DNA of 25,863 bases from Acidobacteriota bacterium (GCA_050115015.1 JASFRI010000011.1:1-25863); one strand, 5' to 3'; positions 1 to 8,400 are shown, counted from the first letter of the stretch. Notes: a model not told the origin generated them from the letters alone. Program-made: numbers and translations.

Positions 1-302
1 AACCCCTCGAAGAAGTCCGGCGCTTGAAGTTTGCCGTAGACGAACAGCGCCCGCGCCCCGTCGTTCGGCATGTGCAGGTGTCCGTGCCGGTTCTCGATGG
101 AGCTGTGCTGCCCGATGTAGACGACCTTCCCGAACATCAGGTCGCCGACCCGCGGCGTCCCCACCGGCGGCGCGTAGCGCCGGACCGCGCGGACGGGGAC
201 GGTGAGGGTGGCGCTGGGGACGATGAATCCCGGCGGGAGCTTGCGGGACAGCCGCGGCGCGACCGGAGCCGGGGGGACCGGCGAAGAGGGGATCGGGGCC
301 AT
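1..302 (-). CDS. Hypothetical protein, N-terminal part only (gene continues beyond window start). Pro-rich N-terminus MAPIPSSPVPPAPVAPRL..., then ...GDLMFGKVVYIGQHSSIENRHGHLHMPNDG...
   Basis: Not in the ORF track because there is no stop inside the window. Reverse-complement reading from ATG at 302 is open to position 1 with very high third-position GC, typical of real genes in this genome. GAGGAC Shine-Dalgarno 6 nt upstream. The same frame stays open upstream to a stop at 513-515, so the true start could lie further 5'. No family recognised. Confidence 0.4.
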   Translation of the reverse strand, partial: MAPIPSSPVPPAPVAPRLSRKLPPGFIVPSATLTVPVRAVRRYAPPVGTPRVGDLMFGKVVYIGQHSSIENRHGHLHMPNDGARALFVYGKLQAPDFFEG

Positions 303-648
303 CCAGGGGTCCTCGGCGCGGCGCACGCGGTCGCTGCCTGTGGATTCCACGCCCGCCCCGGCGGCGGTCAAGGGCCTCCCCGGCCCCGTCCCGGGGCCAG
401 GCGAGGCCCGGTGCCCCGGCGTCCGAAGCCGCCGCGGGGGCCCGGGGTCCGGCCGGACCGTGGCCGGAACTTCGCGCCCCTCCGGGCCGGATCCGCTGCT
501 ATACGGATCAGCCTATCGTCCTCCGTCCCCGGCGAACCACCAGCACAAGCCAAGTGGAATCCGGGAGTTGGCGGAACCTACCAACTCGCAACGGAGTCTC
601 CTAGACTGACCACCACGCAGTGTTTCGGTTGTTACTCAGCGCTTCCAA

Positions 649-1155
649 TTGAGGCTCGATCGCCGACCCGTCGAGCCGTACGTCGGGACGCAGTATGTCG
701 ACGCGGATGGGGCGCATTTCCCGAACTACAAGCAACCAGTCATGTTCCATGCTCTACAATGGGTCGCGATCGACTCCGCTGGCAATCTCGGCGGGAACTT
801 CCACATCGTTGTTGCGAAGCGGCCGGGAACGTCGAATCGAGTTGTAGCCGCTGAGGTTGCGGAGGGCTTCACCGGACCCCGAAAGCCCGAAGAAGGTGCT
901 ATCAGCCGAGCAAGCCCCGAGACGCTGGCAAGCGTGGAGCTGCGCATCGGCAGGGACGCGTCGAGTATGGCTCCAGCCCAACAGTTGGCCGCTGTCGAGG
1001 AGCTTCTCTCGGAGGTCTTTTTCATCGATTCGCAACCGAGCGCTGCCCAGCTCATAGCGTTCGTCAAACGGCATCGGGACTATCCGGTCGCCGTTCTTGT
1101 CGAGATCACCGGTCTATCGGAAGTGCGAATCGAGGATCTCCTCGAAGGCGAGTGA
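649..1155 (+). CDS. Hypothetical protein (168 aa, TTG start) in a lower-GC patch
   Basis: Longest ORF in the compositionally atypical 540-1160 segment. Moderate GC3 (about 70%). No recognisable SD before TTG 649 or before internal ATG 742. No family recognised. A competing minus-strand ORF 754-1074 is equally unconvincing. Confidence 0.25.
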   Translation: MRLDRRPVEPYVGTQYVDADGAHFPNYKQPVMFHALQWVAIDSAGNLGGNFHIVVAKRPGTSNRVVAAEVAEGFTGPRKPEEGAISRASPETLASVELRIGRDASSMAPAQQLAAVEELLSEVFFIDSQPSAAQLIAFVKRHRDYPVAVLVEITGLSEVRIEDLLEGE

Positions 1156-1297
1156 GCACGCTGCCCAACAACAGGCTCACGCCGCTGGCGGGCGCGAGCC
1201 AGATTGCTGATGCCTCGCGGCGCGCTGGCGCCCGCCGCGGCTTGGGCTAAGGGTTAGGCGGAAGAATCGGACCGAGGCACCACACAGGAGAGAGCAA

Positions 1298-1729
1298 TTG
1301 GCCGGCAATGCGAAGACCACAACGGCGACGGTAATTCCGACCATGCGATACGACGATGCAGCGGCAGCCATCGCGTGGCTCTGCGAGGCGTTCGGATTCG
1401 AGAAGCGCCTTGTCGTGCCCGGTGAAGACGGAACCATCGTCCACGCACAGCTCGTTTTCGGGAACGGGATGATAATGCTCGGTTCCGCGCGCGCGAGCGA
1501 GTTCGACGGTCTTCAGAAACCACCGAGCGCTCTGGGTGGCGCCGTAACTCAGAGCACGTACATCATCGTCGACGACGCCGACAAGCACTACGCACGAGCA
1601 GTCGCCGCGGGCGCGGAGGTCGTGATTGAGATTAAGGACGAGGACTACGGGGGACGGGGCTATTCTTGCCGCGATCCCGAAGGGCACGTTTGGAACTTCG
1701 GCTCCTACGATCCCTGGGCCTCCGCCTAA
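1298..1729 (+). CDS. VOC (glyoxalase/bleomycin-resistance/PhnB-like) family protein
   Basis: 143 aa. Motifs VIPTMRYDDAAAAIAWLCEAFGFE, HAQLVFGNGMIMLGS, YGGRGYSCRDPEGHVWNFGSYDPW are characteristic of PhnB-like VOC proteins. TTG start preceded by AGGAGAGAG. Confidence 0.85.
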   Translation: MAGNAKTTTATVIPTMRYDDAAAAIAWLCEAFGFEKRLVVPGEDGTIVHAQLVFGNGMIMLGSARASEFDGLQKPPSALGGAVTQSTYIIVDDADKHYARAVAAGAEVVIEIKDEDYGGRGYSCRDPEGHVWNFGSYDPWASA

Positions 1730-1755
1730 CAACGCCTTGAACCTGCCGATCACGC

Positions 1756-1773
1756 CGCTTGCTTGCGCAAGCG
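1756..1773 (+). terminator. GC hairpin (CGCTTGC-ttgc-GCAAGCG) 27 nt after the VOC gene stop; possible intrinsic terminator without U-tract
   Basis: Perfect 7-bp stem with 4-nt loop read directly. No T-run follows, so termination function is uncertain. Confidence 0.25.
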
Positions 1774-1862
1774 TCGCGCCCGCAGGTTAAGGCAACGTTG
1801 GGCGGGCGGAGAGGCGTATCCGGCGACGTGATGGGCGGACCACGAGAATCGGAGAGGGCGAA

Positions 1863-3515
1863 GTGACCACCACCAAATCGTCGGAGAGGCCTCATTCCCA
1901 ATCGTGTGATGACCGCGGTCCGTCGGGGTTCCAGTCGAACCGGTACCGACTCCTGTCGGTGGTGTGCGTCATCGTCCTGCTGGCACTCGGGATCGGGCTA
2001 CGATCAACGCAGTACTTCAGCCAAGTCGACATGTGGCACGATGAGCTTGCACTGGCGCGTAACGTGGAGGACCGCGGACTCGTTGAGCTCGTCAATCGCC
2101 CGCTCGATCACCGGCAAGTGGCGCCGGTGGGCACGATTGTTCTCCTAGAGGTTTCCTCGACGCTCCTAGGAGTCTCGGAATTGGGGCTCCGATTTGCTCC
2201 TTGGATTCTGGGCATCGCCTCCCTGCTCCTCTTTTGGCGCGTCTCAACGAGATTCGCGGAAGGCGCTCCTCTCCTCGCGGCGCTGGCCGTTTTCGCGGTC
2301 AGCCCAGCCCTCGTCTGGTACGGCTCAAGCCTCAAACCATATGGAGGCGATGTCGCGGTCAGCCTCTTTCTCGTCTGGTTGTCATTGCGGTTCCTGGAAA
2401 GATCCGACGTCCTGGCGAGGGGGGTCATCGCTGGAGCGTTCGGAGGCCTGGCCCTTCTTCTATCGTTTCCGGCGGTTCCCACGGCTGGCATCCTGGCGAT
2501 GTGGATCGCGGCCGCGTGGTGGCGGCGGAGTCCCAGGCCCCCGGTTGCGCCTGTCGCGAGTCTCGGCGTGGGATGGATGCTCGGGGCCGCCTTCGCCGCC
2601 TGGGTGGCCCTTCGCCTGGTGGACCCGGCGACCGACCAGTTCATGCGCGAGTTCTGGGCGGACGACTTCCCTCCGACGTCCAGGCCGCTCGCTGCGTTGA
2701 CCTGGGGACTCGCGAGGCTTTACGGAGCGTTCTCCCATTCGCTGGTCTTCTTTCCGCCTCGAGATCCAGTCCTGCAGTCAATCGTCGCCGTGCCCGCGGT
2801 GCTGGCCGTCGCAGGGCTCGTTCTCGTATTGAGGCGACCGATCGTGCCCTCGATGCTGCTCCTGGCGCCGCCCTTGGCCGGGCTCGCGGCCGCGTTCCTG
2901 CACATCTTGCCGTTCGATCAGCGCGTGGGTCTGCACGCTACCTGGCCGCTGCTCGTCCTCGCTGCCCTCGGTCTCACACGATTCCATCGGATCCTGCCCG
3001 GGCGATGGCGGCTCGCAACCCACATCCTGTCCACGGTCATGGCGTTGCCACTCGTCGCGATCATACTGCTGGCAGCGAGGCCGCCGTACGCTGCGACTGA
3101 CGGCGTGCGACCACGGACCGTCCTGACGACCCTGGCCCAGCGGCGTCGGCCCGCGGATCCAGTCTACGTCTACACGCAGGGCCGGCACGACATGGCCTTT
3201 TACGGCAAGCGAGCAGGCATCCAGGATTGGGTGCAAGGGGAGCGACATTTCGACGACCCGCGAGGTTACCTGAGAGAGGTCGACGTCTTGCGAGGCGAGC
3301 CCCGGGCGTGGTTCTTCTGGGTACGGCTTGATGGCGACGAACCCGACCTCATTCGAAGCTACCTCGGAACCATCGGCCGGGAGCTAGAGCGGATTCCGGC
3401 CGAACCACTCCTGGCCACGGGGGCCGTGCTATACGATCTCTCCGATACGGAGCGTGCGAGTCGGATTTCAGCTGAATCATTCCCGTTGCCCGACACTGCG
3501 GGAACGGAACGTTGA
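1863..3515 (+). CDS. GT-C superfamily membrane glycosyltransferase (ArnT/PMT-like, family 39/83 type)
   Basis: 550 aa, GTG start with GGAGAGGG SD. About 10-12 predicted TM helices. First extracytoplasmic loop carries WHDELALARN, the DE motif typical of the first loop in ArnT/PMT-type GT-C enzymes. Large soluble C-terminal domain. Confidence 0.7.
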   Translation: MTTTKSSERPHSQSCDDRGPSGFQSNRYRLLSVVCVIVLLALGIGLRSTQYFSQVDMWHDELALARNVEDRGLVELVNRPLDHRQVAPVGTIVLLEVSSTLLGVSELGLRFAPWILGIASLLLFWRVSTRFAEGAPLLAALAVFAVSPALVWYGSSLKPYGGDVAVSLFLVWLSLRFLERSDVLARGVIAGAFGGLALLLSFPAVPTAGILAMWIAAAWWRRSPRPPVAPVASLGVGWMLGAAFAAWVALRLVDPATDQFMREFWADDFPPTSRPLAALTWGLARLYGAFSHSLVFFPPRDPVLQSIVAVPAVLAVAGLVLVLRRPIVPSMLLLAPPLAGLAAAFLHILPFDQRVGLHATWPLLVLAALGLTRFHRILPGRWRLATHILSTVMALPLVAIILLAARPPYAATDGVRPRTVLTTLAQRRRPADPVYVYTQGRHDMAFYGKRAGIQDWVQGERHFDDPRGYLREVDVLRGEPRAWFFWVRLDGDEPDLIRSYLGTIGRELERIPAEPLLATGAVLYDLSDTERASRISAESFPLPDTAGTER

Positions 3516-3784
3516 GACTTGTCCAGCGGTGAGGAGCTGGGGATCTTCTGGGTCCGCAGCCCAACACCTATTCGAAGGCACCTTGTCAAGAGGGCAGACC
3601 GGTCGACCTCGTCCCAGAACAAACTCGGTTCCACGCCCGGCCGATTCAAAGAGCAGCGGGGTCCGAGACGGTCACCAGTTGGCGACGCGGCTCGGGCGTG
3701 ATGCCTTGACCTGACACCCGCGCCCGCCGTCGGCGGGCGGACGCAGATTCGCGCAGACGCTGGCATAGGACAACCGGGAAGGGA

Positions 3785-3952
3785 ATGAGCAGGTTAGCCT
3801 TGGTGACCGGGATCATCTCCCGCCTGGTGATGATGGTGATGCTGGTTTTTGCCGATGGCCCTCGCCGTTGGTACAGCAGCGCCCTGTTCGGGTTGATCGG
3901 GGCGCTGATGCTGACAAACGCCCCTCGCTGGCGTCGTGTGGCGGACAATTGA
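3785..3952 (+). CDS. Unannotated small ORF, 55 aa, predicted two-TM membrane peptide (MSRLALVTGIISRLVMMVMLVFADGPRRWYSSALFGLIGALMLTNAPRWRRVADN)
   Basis: Below the 60-aa cutoff of the ORF track. ATG preceded by GGGAAGGGA. GC3 (about 78%) is clearly above local GC (about 58%). Two hydrophobic stretches with a basic C-terminus. Sits in an otherwise gene-free lower-GC stretch. Confidence 0.3.
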   Translation: MSRLALVTGIISRLVMMVMLVFADGPRRWYSSALFGLIGALMLTNAPRWRRVADN

Positions 3953-4291
3953 CCTGCCAGTCACGCATGGCGGTGTGGTGGCGGGGGCGCGATGTCTCAC
4001 ACAGCTTTCCAGACTGCCGGCCGCGCCGCTTCCTTTGCAAGCTACGTGCCCCCGACTGAAACCAGACGTTGGGCGGGATGGGGAAAGGAGTCGGCTCTTC
4101 ACCTTTGGAGTTACTCCTGCGGACGGAATTCTCGCACCTGAAGGCCGTGGGAGATTCTCCAGATGAGGTCCGCTCGCCGTTGTTCGGCAGCGATTCCAGC
4201 TTGAACTTGCCGGGGTCGAGTCCCCAGGCCATCATTCGACCTGACACCCCCTTCGCTTACGTTAGCCGCCAAGGCCGCACCGGGAGATTGG

Positions 4292-4909
4292 ATGAGCTTC
4301 TTTTACAGATTCCAGTACCTGATCGGCTTGACGCCCTGGGAGCGGATGCCGTCACTTCCTATTGGCGACCAGGCCGTTTCGCTCCTTGACCAGGAGGAGA
4401 GCGGTCGAGAACCACCTCACGGGCGCGCGCTCGATCTGGGATGCGGGACCGGGTTCTGGTCCGTTGGACTGGCTCAACGCGGATGGGAGGTAACCGGCGT
4501 CGACATCGTGCCGAAAGCGGTGCGCACAGCCCGCAAACGCGCGCGCGCAGCCGGCGTGGAGGCTCGATTCGTCGAAGGGAGTATCACGTCGCTCAGCGCC
4601 ATGGACATCGGCTCGGGATTTCGCCTCATCCTGGACTTCGGTGCCGTTCATGGTCTCGCGCCGGAGCAGGTGCGGGCGGTTGGCCGTGAGGTAACGGTGG
4701 TCGCGTCGGAGGAGGCCTCGCTCCTGATGTACGCATTCTGTCCGGCTCGTCGAGGGCCGCTGCCGCGGGGGATAGGTCGGCAAGAGATCGAAGGGGCTTT
4801 TCGTGGATGGACGATCACCCACGAGGAACCATTCGATGTGAGCGGCGCTCCCCGTTTCGTGCAGAAAGCGCACCCTCGCTTCTACTTCCTTCGCCGCGGA
4901 CGACCGTGA
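4292..4909 (+). CDS. Class I SAM-dependent methyltransferase, TehB/TPMT-like
   Basis: 205 aa. SAM motif I ALDLGCGTGFWSVGLAQRGWEVTGVDI. C-terminal region (GWTITHEEPF...RFYFLRR) resembles the TehB tellurite-methyltransferase tail. SD GGGAGA. Confidence 0.8.
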   Translation: MSFFYRFQYLIGLTPWERMPSLPIGDQAVSLLDQEESGREPPHGRALDLGCGTGFWSVGLAQRGWEVTGVDIVPKAVRTARKRARAAGVEARFVEGSITSLSAMDIGSGFRLILDFGAVHGLAPEQVRAVGREVTVVASEEASLLMYAFCPARRGPLPRGIGRQEIEGAFRGWTITHEEPFDVSGAPRFVQKAHPRFYFLRRGRP

Positions 4910-4916
4910 GGGCGGC

Positions 4917-5351
4917 ATGGCAGCGGGCCCACGTCGACCCCTTCCTATGACGGTCGGGAGGATCGTCGGGCGCGCGAAACGGATCGAGGACATGAAGCCG
5001 GCCGAGAAGCCACTCGGGGATTCGGACGAGCCGCCGGCTACCTGCGTGTGCGGGTCGGATCTGTGGCCCTACCGCGGCACCGATGCGCCGACGGAACCGA
5101 CACCGATGGGCCACGAGTACTGCGGCATCGTGGAGGAGGTCGGTAGCGAGGTGAGGAACATCCAGCGCGGTCAGTTCGTCGTCGGCTCGTTCTTCGCCTC
5201 CGACAACACCTGCGAGATCTGTCATGCCGGGTATCAGAGCCGCTGCGTCCAGGCGCCCCTGCTGCGCGTCCCTGGTGGCGGAGAAGAACCCATGAATGGC
5301 GCCCTCGCACCGGACGCGCTCCGGTGCCGCCGAGACAGTCGGAGATCATGA
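4917..5351 (+). pseudogene. Remnant of a zinc-dependent medium-chain alcohol dehydrogenase (N-terminal GroES-like domain only)
   Basis: The ORF carries the catalytic-zinc region CGSDLW...GHEYCGIVEEVGSEV and a degenerate structural-zinc loop DNTCEICHAGYQSRC, then ends. The whole Rossmann domain (about 220 aa) is missing. The segment between the start and CGSDL is about 20 aa shorter than in intact ADHs. The next gene starts 29 nt after its stop. Confidence 0.5.
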
Positions 5352-5379
5352 TGCAGGGGCTTCCCCGCGACGCGAATTC

Positions 5380-5823
5380 GTGGTGAGGGTCCGACCGGTG
5401 GCGCGCCGGGACCGGGCCGAGTGGCTGCGGATGCGCACGGCCCTCTGGCCGGAATCGCCGGACGATCACGGTCCCGAGATCGACGCCTTCCTCGCCAGCC
5501 CGCCGCGGGACGCCGTCGTCCTCGTGGCGGAGCGCGAGCCCGGCCGGCTCGGGGGGTTCCTGGAGGCGGGGATGCGCTCCCACGCGGAGGGCTGCGCCGC
5601 CTCCCCCGTGGGCTACCTCGAGGGCTGGTGGGTGGACCCGGACCTGCGGCGGTCCGGGGTGGGCCGGGGGCTGGCGACCGCGGCGGAGGCCTGGGCGCGA
5701 TCCCGGGGTCTGACGGAGATGGCCAGCGACGCCACGGCCTCGAACCGGAGCGGCCAGGCGGCCCACCGGGCGCTCGGCTACGAGAAGGTCGGGCGCATCG
5801 TCTGCTTCCGGAAGCGGCTCTGA
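5380..5823 (+). CDS. aac(6'): GNAT aminoglycoside 6'-N-acetyltransferase, AAC(6')-I subfamily (AAC(6')-Iy/Iz-like)
   Basis: About 147 aa. From memory it aligns along its whole length to AAC(6')-Iy/Iz: ...LWPESPDDH..., AEGCAASPVGYLEGWWVDPDLRRSGVGRGLATAAEAWARSRGLTEMASDA, AHRALGYEKVGRIVCFRKRL (compare Iy ...MASDTSPENTISQKVHQALGFEETERVIFYRKRC). Start is GTG 5380 or 5383. No clear SD, so start is uncertain within about 20 nt. Confidence 0.8.
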   Translation: MVRVRPVARRDRAEWLRMRTALWPESPDDHGPEIDAFLASPPRDAVVLVAEREPGRLGGFLEAGMRSHAEGCAASPVGYLEGWWVDPDLRRSGVGRGLATAAEAWARSRGLTEMASDATASNRSGQAAHRALGYEKVGRIVCFRKRL

Positions 5824-5874
5824 TCCCTCACCGATGGGGCCGGCGGGACGCGCACGGCCCGCAGGGCTGCTGTC

Positions 5875-5933
5875 GGCTCCCCCGCCAGCGGGGTGACAGC
5901 GCGCCGCCCCCTCAGGGGGAGCCGATCGGGTCC
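5875..5933. terminator. Cluster of GC-rich hairpins (9-bp inverted repeat GGCTCCCCC/GGGGGAGCC with nested CCCCGC/GCGGGG and CCCCC-tca-GGGGG) between convergent aac(6') and metalloprotease genes
   Basis: Inverted repeats read directly. Overlaps the last codons of the minus-strand metalloprotease. Plausible bidirectional terminator. Confidence 0.3.
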
Positions 5934-8371
5934 CCCGGCGGGGCCTCCGGCGCCGCGGCCGGCAGCTCCGCGGGTGGCATTGCGCGCTCCTGGTGGCGCC
6001 GGATATCCTCGGCCAGCGCGGCGTGCAGCGCCGCCGTGGCACCGTCGGCGGCCTCCGTGGACAGCAGGCTCGCTCTCAGGGCCGCGAGGCGGTGGTTCAC
6101 CCGCATCCGGACCCCGGAAGCCGCCCGCGGATCGGCGGCGAGGCCGATCATCCCGTCCACGACCACCCGCTTGACGACCCGCCGGATCTCCCCGAGCCGC
6201 GGCGGGTCGGTGACGCCGGCGGGAAACGTGCGGTCGATCAGGGCGTTCAGGACCGGCTCCAGCCCAGGCTGCGCGGGGTCGCGGCGGTGCAGGTCCACCA
6301 GGCGCGCCGCCCGCTCCGGCTGCAGGAGCCCGGCGACCACCATCTCGGCGGCGGTGGCGGCGGCGCCCAGCGGGTCCAGGGCCGGGTCGGTGTCGCCCCG
6401 GAACAGCTCGCGGTTGCGGCCGTGGCCCGGCGGCCGCGGCGGGATGACCCGGAGCAGCGGCTCCGGCAGGTCCAGCGCCTCCGGATCCAGGATCGACAGG
6501 ATCACGTCCAGCGCCCGGCGCTGCCACGCCGGGTCGAGGGTCCGCAGCGGCTCCTGCCCGTCGCCGCGGACGGCGTAGGTGTAGTCGAGGCCCCCGATCA
6601 CCTTCACCGCGGCCTCGAGCTGGTAGCGATGGTGCAGGTAGACCGGCACGAGCACCTCCTCGAGCCGGGCCAGGGGCTCCCCCTCCAGCAGGGCATCCGG
6701 GCCCAGGCGCGACAGGGCGATCCGCCGGACCTCGAGGGTCCGGGACAGCGACGCCACCGGGTCCTCGCCGTTGTCCCAGAGGTTTGCCAGCGGGTGGGCG
6801 GCCCCGGCGGGGCGGGCGTCGGCGTCGGTGAGGTACCGCAACCCCCGCTCGATGCCGTCGCGCACGATCGCCTCGAGTTCCCCGGACTCGTCCGCCCCCG
6901 GCGGGAACTGCGCATAGGCGTAGCGGATCGCGTGGACGTCCCAGGCGCCGACACCGACCCCGTAGGCCTCCGAGAAGTCGAGCCCGCCGTCGCCGGTGAC
7001 GTTCACGAGCGGCGCGGGATAGTCCATCACCGAGGCCCGGCCGTAGGTGCTGGCGGCGAAGTTGTGGGCGAGCCCGAGGGTGTGCCCGACCTCGTGGGCG
7101 GCGAGCTGCCGGATCCGCGCGAGGGCGAGCTCCACCGGGTCGCCGGGGGCGCCGGTCCCCACCTCGGACCCGCCGGCCAGCCCCTGGAACAGCAGCCGGT
7201 CCTGGCGCACCCGCAGGGAGCCGAGGGAGACGTGCCCCTTGATCATCTCGCCGGTGCGGGGATCGGTCACTCCCCCGCCGTACGACCAGCCGCGGGTCGA
7301 CCGGTGCACCCACTGGATGACGTTGTAGCGCGCGTCCAGGGGATGGACCCCCTCCGGCAGGAGCTCGACGCGGAAGGCGTTTTCGAAGCCCGCCGCCTCG
7401 AAGGCCTCGGCCCACCAGCCAGCACCCTCCATCAGCGCCGAGCGCACCGGCTCCGGCGCCCCGCGGTCGACGTAGTAGACGATCGGCTCGACCACCGGCG
7501 ACCGGTCCGCGGCGGGATCGGTCTTCTCCAGGCGGTGGCGGACGATCCATCGCTTCTCCAGGGGGACGTCGAGGGGGGCAGCATAGTCCTGGAACGCGAC
7601 CGCGAAGGACCCCGCCCGGGGGTCGAAGCGACGCGGCCGGTATCCCTCCGGTGGCAGCCGCAGCAGGGAATGGTGCTGGACGAGGGTCACGAGCGAGGCG
7701 GTCGGCGCCGTGGCCCGCACCTGGGCGCCCGGGTCCTTCCCCTGGAAGGTCAGCAGCGCCTCCATCTCCAGGTTGTCGGGGAACGCCAGGCAGGCCGCGG
7801 GGTCGAGGGCGCTGCGGGACTCGTCCAGCGAGTAGCTCCCCTGCTTGGTCCGCTCCAGCGTCCGGGCGGTGTCGTGGGCGTCGCGCACCACGAAGGACGT
7901 GAAGTCGACCAGCACCCGGCCGTCGGCGTCCGCCGCGACGAGGGGGCCGGCCCAGAGCACCGAGCGAGCGAACGACTCGTCCACGGCGCGCCGCTCCGCC
8001 TCGTCGCCGGAGCCGGCGCGGAAGGCGACGTTCTGCTCCTCGACGAGGACGCGACCGCCCACCCTCCGGAGGTTCACGAGCCGCGTCGGACCGAGCTGGC
8101 CGCGATCCAGGCCGACCGGGTTCGAGCCGAGACCGGTGGTCAGCCCCTCGACGTAGAGCACCTGGTGCCCGGCGGCGGGATCCGTCGCCGGCGGCAGCTC
8201 CAGCAGGAGGGTGCCTCGCTGCGGGTCGAGGTGGATCGGGAACAGGCCGTCCCGTCTCTCCATCCCCTGCGTGGCCTCGGCGACACCGGGAAGCGGATCC
8301 TCCCCCGCCGCCGCGGCGGCGGCCGCCGCCAGGATCAGGCTTCCCACGATCCGGAACGGAGAGCTTCTCAT
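5912..8371 (-). CDS. Secreted zinc-dependent metalloprotease (HExxH; DUF5117/DUF4953-type)
   Basis: HEVGHTLGLAHNF zinc motif. Signal peptide MRSSPFRIVGSLILAAAAAAAAG. I place the start at ATG 8371 (not the track start 8479) because it begins the signal peptide and has a GAGGAGGAAC SD. About 819 aa. Overlapping ORFs 5778-7550(-) and 5993-8413(+) are frame artefacts. Confidence 0.85.
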   Translation of the reverse strand: MRSSPFRIVGSLILAAAAAAAAGEDPLPGVAEATQGMERRDGLFPIHLDPQRGTLLLELPPATDPAAGHQVLYVEGLTTGLGSNPVGLDRGQLGPTRLVNLRRVGGRVLVEEQNVAFRAGSGDEAERRAVDESFARSVLWAGPLVAADADGRVLVDFTSFVVRDAHDTARTLERTKQGSYSLDESRSALDPAACLAFPDNLEMEALLTFQGKDPGAQVRATAPTASLVTLVQHHSLLRLPPEGYRPRRFDPRAGSFAVAFQDYAAPLDVPLEKRWIVRHRLEKTDPAADRSPVVEPIVYYVDRGAPEPVRSALMEGAGWWAEAFEAAGFENAFRVELLPEGVHPLDARYNVIQWVHRSTRGWSYGGGVTDPRTGEMIKGHVSLGSLRVRQDRLLFQGLAGGSEVGTGAPGDPVELALARIRQLAAHEVGHTLGLAHNFAASTYGRASVMDYPAPLVNVTGDGGLDFSEAYGVGVGAWDVHAIRYAYAQFPPGADESGELEAIVRDGIERGLRYLTDADARPAGAAHPLANLWDNGEDPVASLSRTLEVRRIALSRLGPDALLEGEPLARLEEVLVPVYLHHRYQLEAAVKVIGGLDYTYAVRGDGQEPLRTLDPAWQRRALDVILSILDPEALDLPEPLLRVIPPRPPGHGRNRELFRGDTDPALDPLGAAATAAEMVVAGLLQPERAARLVDLHRRDPAQPGLEPVLNALIDRTFPAGVTDPPRLGEIRRVVKRVVVDGMIGLAADPRAASGVRMRVNHRLAALRASLLSTEAADGATAALHAALAEDIRRHQERAMPPAELPAAAPEAPPGDPIGSP

Positions 8372-8400
8372 GGTTCCTCCTCGACGAGAACGGCGCGGCA

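Noticed and set aside
24-854. 276-aa plus-strand ORF (MKFAVDEQRPRP...)
   Set aside because: Arg/Pro/Gly-rich low-complexity translation typical of an antisense or off-frame read in high-GC DNA. The opposite strand (1-302) shows a proper SD, ATG and very high GC3. The ORF also runs across the GC-composition break at about 540.
3708-4249. 12-bp direct repeats GACCTGACACCC as transposon target-site duplication
   Set aside because: A 12-bp exact repeat within about 500 bp is expected about once by chance in a window this size. No TIRs or transposase between them. Kept only as a low-weight note in a finding.
5824-5933. Possible integron attC site downstream of aac(6')
   Set aside because: No GTTRRRY core sites, no R''/L''-L'/R' architecture, no intI nearby. 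The hairpins are better explained as a convergent terminator.
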